From an uncultured Enterobacteriaceae bacterium (lineage in GTDB: Bacteria; Pseudomonadota; Gammaproteobacteria; Burkholderiales; SG8-39), in NCBI GenBank assembly GCA_964393745.1, contig CAYMVA010000054.1, positions 16,406 to 80,405 on the forward strand: DNA of 64,000 nt, given 5' to 3'. Made by a program: the position numbers and the translations under genes. This document shows positions 54,034 through 61,659 of this stretch, in pieces. Position 1 is the first letter of the stretch, and every line of letters starts with the position of its first letter. The notes below the pieces were generated by a model that did not search any database, had not been told where the DNA came from, and was given only the letters and a program-made list of their open reading frames with translations.

Positions 54034-57000
54034 TCAGGGCGGCCACGTGCGCCAGCCCTTGAGCAGCGGGAAATACAGTGCCGGGCGCGCGCCGCCGAGC
54101 GCCGCCGCGTAGCGCTCCAGTTGCGCGCGGTAGCGCTCGTGCTCCTGGTCGAGAAAGCTCTCGACGTCTCCGCCCTTGTGAGCGCCGGTCTTGAAATCTA
54201 CTACCCAGCGCGCGCCGCTTTCGTCGGTCAGCACGCGATCGATGATCTGGCGCCCGGCTGCGGTGCGGATGCGGTATTCGCTCCGCGCCTCGGGATGCTG
54301 GCCGAGGAGCCAGCGGCCGCGCTCGTCGCTGATCGAGTTCTTGAGGGCGTTCGTGACGAGCTCGGCGGCGCGCTCGAGTTCACCTGCCGGGACGCCTCGC
54401 TGGCCCAGCTCGGCGCGGAACCGGGCCCGCAGCCGCTCGACGCGCTCCGCGTTCCAGCCGTCGAGAGCGTCCTCGGCGATCCGCTGCAGCCAGCGGTGTA
54501 CGACAGTACCGGCGTGCCGCGCAGTTTCGCCAGCCCAGGAGAACTCGATCGGGGCTGCAGCGGCCAAAGTGTAAAGTGGGACTTTACACTTTGCCGCCTC
54601 GGGGGCGGTTGGGAGCGTCCATGCGGCCGGGATGCGGTGGAGAACATCGCTTTCACCCCCCACCCTCACCCCTGGCCCCTCTCCCGCAGAGCGGGAGAGG
54701 CGAACCACAGCAGCAAACTGCCAGACCTTGGCGAGCAGCGAGCGCTTGCCGGGGGGCCTCGGTGAGCCGTCGTCGTCGAGCTTCACACAGCCTAGCAGGT
54801 GGATGCGCTGCTTGGCGCGCGTCGAGGCAACGTAGAGCAGACGCCCGGCTTCGGTGTCCTCGGCCTCGCGCTCGAGCGCTTTCAGGTAGTCGTAGGCGCG
54901 ATTCTCCTCGGCGCCGGTCTCGTGGATCGGCGCGAGCAGCAGCTGCCCATCCGCGCGCGCTTTCCACAGGAAGAGCGGCGGCTCGCCGTGCGCCGGCGTG
55001 CGGTCGAGCCCCGGGATGATGACGCTGTCGAACTCGAGCCCCTTCGCCTTGTGGATGGTCATGATTTGCAGGCGCTCGCCGGCCTCGAGATCGGGGAGTG
55101 CATAGAGCTGCTCGAGCGCTTCGGCGAGCACTTCGGGGTCCTCGATGTCGCCCGCTTCCTCGAGACGCTCGAGCTCGTCGAGGTAGATCTCGACATCCTC
55201 GAGTTCGGTGCGGTCGTCCACGCAGGCCGGGCCGCCGAGCGCGAGCCAGCAGCCCTCTACGCGGTCGCGCAGCGTGCCGCGCAGGCGGTGAATCATCGCC
55301 TGGCCGAGCGGCTGCCAAACGCGCATGAGGCGCTTGCGTCCGTCTTCGGATAGCGCGCACACGACGCGGTCGTCGTTCATAAGCTCCCAGATGGCGCGGG
55401 CCCCCGCCTGCGCGGGGGTGACGGATGGGGTCGCAGGGGTGACGAGTGCATGCAGGTCCGCGAGGGTCAGCCCGCACCACGGCGCGCGCAGGATCGCGAG
55501 CCAGGCGATGCGGTCGGCGGGGTGCATGAGCGCGCGCGTAAGCGCGTAGAGGTCCTGCACCGCCTGCTTCTCGCCGAGCCGCTCGATCTCGATGGCGCGG
55601 AAACGCAGGCCCGCCCCCTTGAGGGCCGGCACGATCTCGTCCAAGTGCCTGCGGTTGCGCACCAGGATGGCGCAGGTTCCTTCCGCCTTTGCCGCGAGCG
55701 CCGCAACCTGAGCGGCTTCCGACTCGCGCTCTTCAAACAGATGCCACTCGCACGCCTCGCCTTCGAGCGGCGCATGGTGCGGCGTCGAGCGCGCATACGG
55801 CACCGCGCCCGCGCTTTCGTCCTCCGCTTGCGGGAGCACGCTCGGGAAGGTCGCGTTCACCCACTCGACCACGCGCGCCTGCGAGCGGAAGTTGGTGGAG
55901 AGCGTGAGCGGCTCGAGCGTGACGGAACCCAGCCCTGCGCGCCGCGCGTGCAGGAACAGCGCCACCTCGGCCTCACGGAAGCGGTAGATGGACTGCATCG
56001 GGTCGCCCACCAGGAACAGCGTGCGATCGGAGCCCCGCTTTTCGTCGCCTCGTTCCCAGCCCGCGGTCAGGCGCTCGAGCAACTCCCACTGGCTGATCGA
56101 GGTGTCCTGGAACTCGTCCACCAGGATGTGGTGGATGCGGTGGTCGAGCGCGAGCAGCAGGTCGGTCGGCGAGTCGGGGGAGCCGAGCGCGCGCAGGGCA
56201 CCCTGCGCGATTTCCGTGAAGTCACACTTTGCCCTTTCGGCGAATACCACCTTGAGCTGCGCCGCGGCGAGCGGCAGCAGCGCGATGATCGCCTCCAACG
56301 CCTCCCATTGCGCCGCGCTGTAGCTGGCGGGCGGCATGGCGGGGAGCGCCGCGAGCGCGGCGCGCAGCGGCTCGTTGCCGGCGAGCGCCTGCGCCTGCTT
56401 GTTCTTCTTGCGCCACTCGCCCTTCTTGGTGAGAAGCTCCTGCGCGAGCGCTTCGCTTGCTTCCGGCAGCATTGTGCGCGCGCTGTCCAGCAGCCGCTGC
56501 CGCTCGCGCGCGAGGCCCTGCTCAATCTCGGCGCGCGAAGGCGGGTTGCCGGTCTTGCGCAGCCACTGGTCGCGCCGCGCGAGCATCGCGGCGAGAAGCT
56601 GCGTCGCCAGCGCAGCATTGTTGTCCAGGTGCGCGAGGAAGCGCTCAACCGGCGCGCCCAGGCCGGCGACGGTGCGTGCGGCAGCTTCGCGGTACATCTC
56701 GCCCGCGTCCTCCACAGTCTCGGGCTGGGCGCCGAACTTGGCGAGCACCGGCATCTGGCGCGTGAGCGAAGCGCAGAAAGCGTCGATCGTCATGATGCGC
56801 AGGCGGTGCGCGATGTCGCCAGCGTTGGGCAGCGCCTTGAGCACGCGCGCGCGCATCTCCGCGGCGGCTTTGCGCGTGAAGGTGATGGCGAGCACTTCCT
56901 CGGGCTTCGCGGCGCGCTCGAGCAGCGCGAGGTAGCGCTTGACCAGCAGGTCGGTCTTGCCCGAGCCCGCGGGCGCCTGCACGATGAACGAGCGCGCCGG

Positions 57001-57045
57001 GTCGAGGGCGCGCTCGCGCACCGCCTGGTCGGCTATCATGTCCAT
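54034..57045 (-). CDS. addA: AddA-like UvrD helicase with C-terminal PD-(D/E)XK nuclease
   Basis: QAPAGSGKT, ITFTRKAA.EM, LVDEFQDTS, VGDPMQSIYRFR, IMTIHKAKGLEFD, LYVASTRA and IDRV...VDFKT motifs. Confidence 0.85.
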   Translation of the reverse strand: MDMIADQAVRERALDPARSFIVQAPAGSGKTDLLVKRYLALLERAAKPEEVLAITFTRKAAAEMRARVLKALPNAGDIAHRLRIMTIDAFCASLTRQMPVLAKFGAQPETVEDAGEMYREAAARTVAGLGAPVERFLAHLDNNAALATQLLAAMLARRDQWLRKTGNPPSRAEIEQGLARERQRLLDSARTMLPEASEALAQELLTKKGEWRKKNKQAQALAGNEPLRAALAALPAMPPASYSAAQWEALEAIIALLPLAAAQLKVVFAERAKCDFTEIAQGALRALGSPDSPTDLLLALDHRIHHILVDEFQDTSISQWELLERLTAGWERGDEKRGSDRTLFLVGDPMQSIYRFREAEVALFLHARRAGLGSVTLEPLTLSTNFRSQARVVEWVNATFPSVLPQAEDESAGAVPYARSTPHHAPLEGEACEWHLFEERESEAAQVAALAAKAEGTCAILVRNRRHLDEIVPALKGAGLRFRAIEIERLGEKQAVQDLYALTRALMHPADRIAWLAILRAPWCGLTLADLHALVTPATPSVTPAQAGARAIWELMNDDRVVCALSEDGRKRLMRVWQPLGQAMIHRLRGTLRDRVEGCWLALGGPACVDDRTELEDVEIYLDELERLEEAGDIEDPEVLAEALEQLYALPDLEAGERLQIMTIHKAKGLEFDSVIIPGLDRTPAHGEPPLFLWKARADGQLLLAPIHETGAEENRAYDYLKALEREAEDTEAGRLLYVASTRAKQRIHLLGCVKLDDDGSPRPPGKRSLLAKVWQFAAVVRLSRSAGEGPGVRVGGESDVLHRIPAAWTLPTAPEAAKCKVPLYTLAAAAPIEFSWAGETARHAGTVVHRWLQRIAEDALDGWNAERVERLRARFRAELGQRGVPAGELERAAELVTNALKNSISDERGRWLLGQHPEARSEYRIRTAAGRQIIDRVLTDESGARWVVDFKTGAHKGGDVESFLDQEHERYRAQLERYAAALGGARPALYFPLLKGWRTWPP
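54565..54593. repeat. Family A palindrome in frame within addA (encodes KCKVPLYTL)
   Basis: CAAAGTGTAAAGT-GGG-ACTTTACACTTTG; perfect 13-bp arms; AT-rich island in a GC-rich CDS. Confidence 0.9.
54663..54700. repeat. Family D element (CCCTCACCCC...CCTCTCCCGC-AGA-GCGGGAGAGG) in frame within addA
   Basis: Perfect 10-bp stem at 54678..54700 preceded by a C-rich tract; encodes RLSRSAGEGPGVR(V). Confidence 0.8.
55398..55443. repeat. Family C element (GTCACCCCCGCGCAGGCGGGGGCCC on minus strand) plus a partial copy, in frame within addA
   Basis: Encodes VTPATPSVTPAQAG; same hairpin as 21402..21427. Confidence 0.8.
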
Positions 57046-57059
57046 CGAGGCACACCCCG

Positions 57060-57593
57060 ATGAGAGTCATTCCCAGCGACACCATGCCGGCAATCGACGC
57101 GCGGCTCGCAGGCGGCGGCCGCTGGGCGCTCGCCTCCGAAAAAGCCGAGAAGCTCGCGCTGCTCGCCTTCTACCGCGGAATTTTCTGCCCCATATGCCGC
57201 GGCTGGGTGAGCGAGCTCGACCGCATGGTGCCGGAGTTCGAGCAGCGCGGCGTGTCGGTGATCGCCCTTTCCTGCGACCGCAAGGAATCGGCCGAAAAAG
57301 CAGTCAAGGAATGGGGCCTCGCCAACCTGCGCGTCGGCTATCGGCTCGACCCCGAGGACGCGAGGAAAGCGGGCCTGTACATCTCCGAAGGCCGCGGCGT
57401 GAATCCGTCGAGCAACGAAAAAGAGCCGATGCTGTTCACCGAGCCGGCGGTGCTCGCGGTGCTGCCCGAAGGCGAGTTGTACGCGGGGTGGATCCAGTCG
57501 ACGCCCTATGCGCGCCCGCGCCTCGCCGACATTCTCGCCGCAGTGGACAGTTTCGTGTCGAAGGATTTGCCGGCGCCGCGCGGCTCGGCGTAG
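57060..57593 (+). CDS. AhpC/TSA-like redoxin (CxxC) inserted antisense between addB and addA
   Basis: FYRG.FCPICR, ALSCD, GLYIS.G and F.EPA motifs. Confidence 0.8.
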   Translation: MRVIPSDTMPAIDARLAGGGRWALASEKAEKLALLAFYRGIFCPICRGWVSELDRMVPEFEQRGVSVIALSCDRKESAEKAVKEWGLANLRVGYRLDPEDARKAGLYISEGRGVNPSSNEKEPMLFTEPAVLAVLPEGELYAGWIQSTPYARPRLADILAAVDSFVSKDLPAPRGSA

Positions 57594-57622
57594 GCATTGA
57601 GCGATCGCGACGAGCCCGCTCC

Positions 57623-60316
57623 TCATGGCTGGTCCTCGGTCTCGGCGTCCGTCTGCAGCGCGCCGATGCGCTCGTGCACCCGGCACAGCGGCTGCAGGTC
57701 GCACTGGCGGCAAGTCTTCAGGCCCTCCTTCGGGTCCACCTGCGCCGCGCCCGAGGCAAAACCTTGCGCGAGCGTATCGAGCTCTTTCTTCCAGCCGGCG
57801 ATCAAGTCGCCCCAGTTGTCGTAGCGCGTGAGCCCCGGCACTGCATCCGGCTCGCGCGAGTAGCCCATGAAGCGCATCTCGCCGCGCCGCACCTTGGCGT
57901 AGGCAACCGCCGCGACTTCCTCGGGCGCGTTCACCGCGTAGAGCGGCAGTTGCGGCTCCGTGGGCCGCTCGCCCATCCAGGCTCGCGGCGAGAGCTGCCT
58001 GCCGGTCTTGTAGTCGATGAGCAGGTGCGCAGCCGCATCCTTGCCATCGGAGAGGCGGTCCATGCGATCGATGCGGCCCGAGAACTCGAGCCCGCCGGCA
58101 GTGAGCGTGCGCTTGTCCTCGCGCGCCACCACTTCGAAGTCTTCGCGTCCCTTCTCCAACTCGAGCCAGTCGCGCGCCAAGTGCTCCAGTCGCGCGCGTT
58201 CCAGCTCGGCAAAGCGCCCTTCGAGCACGCCCGGCCGCCGCTCGCGCAGGCGCGCCACGGCAGCGGCGGCCGCGCGGCCTATCGCTGCCGCCAAGTCCGC
58301 AGGGGTCAGACTGTAAAGCGTCGCTTTACACTTGAGCTCGCCCCACACGCCTGCCATCAGGGCATGCAGCAGCGTGCCGCGCTCGAGGTCGTCGAGCCCC
58401 GCAGCGGGCGCCCCAAGCGCTTCCGCCCCGAGGCGGTGGCGCGCGAACGCCCGAAACGGGCACGCGGACTGGTCGGCGAGTACGCGCGTGCCGCCGCGCA
58501 CGCGCTTGTCGGCGAAGCGCGGCGCAATCCCATCGGCGGCCGATTCGAGGCACCGCGCTGCGAACAGCGCATCGCGGTAGCGCGCAAATTGCGGCAGCTC
58601 GGGCTTGCGCTCCGCAATTGTGGCGATGAGCGGGCTGGGCAGCAGGTTGCGGTCCTCCTCGCGCAGCGCATGCGACACGATCACCTCGTCGGCCGCGGCC
58701 AGCCAGCCCTCGGTGATTCGCCGGTCGAGCGCGATCGAGCCCTCGGCCGAGGCCTGCGGGATGTCCGCCTTCTTTTGCAGCGCCACGGCGATGAATGGAT
58801 TGGGCCGCGCGTGCAGCGGCCAGGCTTCGTCGGTCAATCCGCTCACCCACAGGCCGTCAAACTCCAAACCCGCGGATTCGAGGATACCGAGCACCTGCAC
58901 CGGCGCTTCCGGCGACTCGGGTTGGAACAGCATCTCCGCGCACAGGCGCTCGAGATGCGCGAGCGCATCGGCACGGTCCATCGCCGGCACGACGCGCTCG
59001 AGCTTCGCCAGCTCGCCCAGCATTTCATGGAGCTTGGCGCGCGCCTGGTACTCGTCCGAATCGAGTGCGCGCTCGCCAGGAAAGCCCGCCGCCTCGAGCA
59101 GCGCCGTAAAATGCGCCGCGCACTGGTGCGGCGAGCGCACGCGCGCGCGGTTGGCCTCGGCGCAGTTGTAAAGCGCCTCCAGCCTTTCGCGCAACAGCGC
59201 GCAAGGCTCGGCCGCAGCGACCAGCCTCGCAAGCGTCACACGCGCGGGCAGCGTCCTGCGCAGCTCCGCATCCAGGCGCGCGCGCGGCGCGAGCTCGCTC
59301 TCGGCGCCGCCGAGGAAGGGCGAGCGCAGCACCCGGCTGGCGAGCGCGAACTCGACCTCGCCCGCAGCGAGTTCCAGGATCGCGAGCGCCGCGTGCACGA
59401 CAGGCGCGTCCGAGAGCGGCGCGCCAAGCGAAACGTTGAAGGGCATCGGCTCCCTGCTCGCGCCGGGCAGGTTGCAGCCGGGCTGCATGAAGCGCGAGAA
59501 CACGCGCACCACTTCCCGGCGGCGCTTCGCCAGATCGGGAATGACGACTCCAAAGCGGAGGTCTGAACTCCCAACCTTACCCTGCTCGAGTCGCGCGCGC
59601 GCCCACGTTGCCGCTGCCTCCAATTCCTCGCGCGCTGAGGCGAACGCGGCGCGCATCGGGATCGCATTACGCTTGCGTGGACCGCACTCGCGCAGCTCGA
59701 TTCCCTGCGCGGCGCAGGCCTGCAGGAAGTCGCTCGCCTGCGGCGGCAGGATGTCGAAGCCGTAGGCGACGAGCAGCTGCGGCTTGCGCAGCGCGCGCTC
59801 GGGGAGCAGGCCCGCCACCACATCGGGCAGGCGCGCGCTATCGGTGTCAGCGCCGCAGCGCGCAGCGTAATCCTTTGCCCACGCGGCGAACGCGGCGCTG
59901 TCTTCGCTGCCCGGGAATTTCTCCAGCGCTCCGTCGATTCTCCAGGCGTGCGCGAGGCGCCATGCGTCCATCGCCTGCGCTGCGGCCTGCGCCGGAGAAA
60001 GCAGCGCGTCGCTCCACGCGCTCGCCGCGATCGCCGCCTCCCATAACTGCCGCTCCTGTACCGGCGTGAGGAGATGCGGCGCGGGTGTAGTCTCCGAGAA
60101 CAGCGCGTCTTCCCACAGGCGCTCCACGAATGCGGCGAGGGGCAGGATGTCGGCGTCCTCCCAGACCGCGAGGCCTCTTCCGATCTGGCTGGCATAGAAC
60201 TCGCGTCCCAGCTCCTGCGCCAGGCGCTGGTTGGGCGTGACCACGGTGGCGCGCGCGGCGTGCCCTCCGGCGAGCCGCGCGAAAAGTTCCTGCTTGGTGA
60301 GCGCAGCGGCCTGCAT
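57623..60316 (-). CDS. addB: AddB-like PD-(D/E)XK nuclease subunit with Fe-S staple cysteines
   Basis: VVTPNQRLA, QSACPFRAFA, GRIDRMD, IDYKTG, PQLPLYA and CRQCDLQPLCR motifs. Confidence 0.82.
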   Translation of the reverse strand: MQAAALTKQELFARLAGGHAARATVVTPNQRLAQELGREFYASQIGRGLAVWEDADILPLAAFVERLWEDALFSETTPAPHLLTPVQERQLWEAAIAASAWSDALLSPAQAAAQAMDAWRLAHAWRIDGALEKFPGSEDSAAFAAWAKDYAARCGADTDSARLPDVVAGLLPERALRKPQLLVAYGFDILPPQASDFLQACAAQGIELRECGPRKRNAIPMRAAFASAREELEAAATWARARLEQGKVGSSDLRFGVVIPDLAKRRREVVRVFSRFMQPGCNLPGASREPMPFNVSLGAPLSDAPVVHAALAILELAAGEVEFALASRVLRSPFLGGAESELAPRARLDAELRRTLPARVTLARLVAAAEPCALLRERLEALYNCAEANRARVRSPHQCAAHFTALLEAAGFPGERALDSDEYQARAKLHEMLGELAKLERVVPAMDRADALAHLERLCAEMLFQPESPEAPVQVLGILESAGLEFDGLWVSGLTDEAWPLHARPNPFIAVALQKKADIPQASAEGSIALDRRITEGWLAAADEVIVSHALREEDRNLLPSPLIATIAERKPELPQFARYRDALFAARCLESAADGIAPRFADKRVRGGTRVLADQSACPFRAFARHRLGAEALGAPAAGLDDLERGTLLHALMAGVWGELKCKATLYSLTPADLAAAIGRAAAAAVARLRERRPGVLEGRFAELERARLEHLARDWLELEKGREDFEVVAREDKRTLTAGGLEFSGRIDRMDRLSDGKDAAAHLLIDYKTGRQLSPRAWMGERPTEPQLPLYAVNAPEEVAAVAYAKVRRGEMRFMGYSREPDAVPGLTRYDNWGDLIAGWKKELDTLAQGFASGAAQVDPKEGLKTCRQCDLQPLCRVHERIGALQTDAETEDQP
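58302..58333. repeat. Family B half-site (GGGGTCAGAC) fused to a family A palindrome, in frame within addB (encodes KCKATLYSLTP)
   Basis: GGGGTCAG-ACTGTAAAGC-GTC-GCTTTACACTT. Confidence 0.85.
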
Positions 60317-60412
60317 GCGGCCGCAGTGTAGATGAGGGCAGGCTCAGCGCACGAGCCCGCGGACTCGCAGCACCCTTCCTCGCGGGCTCTTCAACGCCCT
60401 GCCTGCCGCCGA

Positions 60413-61603
60413 TCAGCGCCCGAATATGCCGCGCAACAGTTCGACGCCCTCTTTCACCCCTGGGGCCGCGGCCGGCTTGGACTGCTGTTGCTGCGGTGAT
60501 TGAGGCTCGGACTGGGGCTGCGCGCGCTGCTCGCGCTCGCCGCCGCCTTCGCCGAGCAGCAGCGAGGCGGTCGACTTGAAGCGCACCTTCACCGTCCACT
60601 GCGGCTCCCAGGCGACCTTCGGGTCCTGCGGCCGCGGCGGCTGCGCGAAGTTGGCCTCCTCGCCGTAGGCGATGAAATTGAGGAATGGCGTGCCGGTCTT
60701 CTTCACTACCTCGCCCGGCACCACGCATTCGGTGGTCGCGGGCGCGAGCACCACGCGTTCGCGCACCAGCCGCGCCACTTCCGCCGGCGGCACGTAGTCC
60801 ATCAGCGCGCCGCCCATTTCCTGCGCTTCGCTCGAGGACCAGAACACCACGTCGCTGCCCTCGGCGCCAAAGAGCGTGGCGAAATAGCCGGTCGCGGTCG
60901 GCAGCGCCTTCCAGCGCAGCGTGTTGCCGGAGGCCGCCAACTCGACGCGCTCCATGAAATCCTGACGCTCGCCAAGCGCGAAGCGGATCTCGGGCGAGTA
61001 GTTGCCGCGGATCGCATGGTCGCCGCGCAGCGACGAGTTCGCCGGCACGGTTTTCGCATCCTCGGGGTTCGGCCAATCGCCGTAGCTGCGGTTGCGGCCG
61101 AATGCCGGGCCAGCCTGCCCGGCGATGCGCCGCGACGTCATTCCGGCCGGCGCCTGCCCTTCGGCGAGGCGCGCAAAATCGATCACCACTGGCTGCCCGG
61201 GGCGCACGCTCTCGCCGCATCCCCAGTAGAGCAGCATGCGACCTTTCGGTTTTTCCACGCCCTCGGGCAGGTCGCGCTCCGGGCGCCCGGCAGGCTCGCG
61301 CCGCGGCGTGCGCAGCGGCAGCTGCGGGCCCATGTTCATCACGGTCGGAATGTCGTGCGCGGCGCGCGGCTCGCCGCTCGCGGCCTGCTGCGAGCCGAGC
61401 TGCAGCACGATGCGCCGGCCGCTCTGCGCCTGGGCGCCCATCGCGCCGCCCATCATCGAGCCCATGGCGCCCATCCCGGGCATGCTCATGCCGGCCGCGG
61501 TCTCCACGCTCATCCAGTACTGCGCTATCGGCGCCTTCACTACCTGCTGCTGCGCCAGCGCCAACGCCGGCGCCGCTGCCACGATGAATGCAATTCTGCG
61601 CAT
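60413..61603 (-). CDS. Secreted hypothetical protein (Met/Gly-rich N-terminus, Gln/Pro-rich C-terminus)
   Basis: Signal peptide ending ALA-Q; strong GC3 codon bias; no family recognised. Confidence 0.7.
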   Translation of the reverse strand: MRRIAFIVAAAPALALAQQQVVKAPIAQYWMSVETAAGMSMPGMGAMGSMMGGAMGAQAQSGRRIVLQLGSQQAASGEPRAAHDIPTVMNMGPQLPLRTPRREPAGRPERDLPEGVEKPKGRMLLYWGCGESVRPGQPVVIDFARLAEGQAPAGMTSRRIAGQAGPAFGRNRSYGDWPNPEDAKTVPANSSLRGDHAIRGNYSPEIRFALGERQDFMERVELAASGNTLRWKALPTATGYFATLFGAEGSDVVFWSSSEAQEMGGALMDYVPPAEVARLVRERVVLAPATTECVVPGEVVKKTGTPFLNFIAYGEEANFAQPPRPQDPKVAWEPQWTVKVRFKSTASLLLGEGGGEREQRAQPQSEPQSPQQQQSKPAAAPGVKEGVELLRGIFGR

Positions 61604-61659
61604 CGCTTTGCCCTTCGAACTGGTCGGGGCGCGAAGTATACTCATCGCAGGAGGAACCC

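Noticed and set aside
56015-56050. AddA 'EKRGSD' and AddB 'VGSSDL' (59555..59580) as family B remnants
   Set aside because: Similarity to GGGGTCAGA/GGGGTCTG is too short and degenerate to support without orthologue alignment.
56939-59566. 875-aa plus-strand ORF and similar long Arg/Ala-rich ORFs throughout the track
   Set aside because: These are antisense or alternative-frame shadows of well-supported genes, with low-complexity composition and no motifs.
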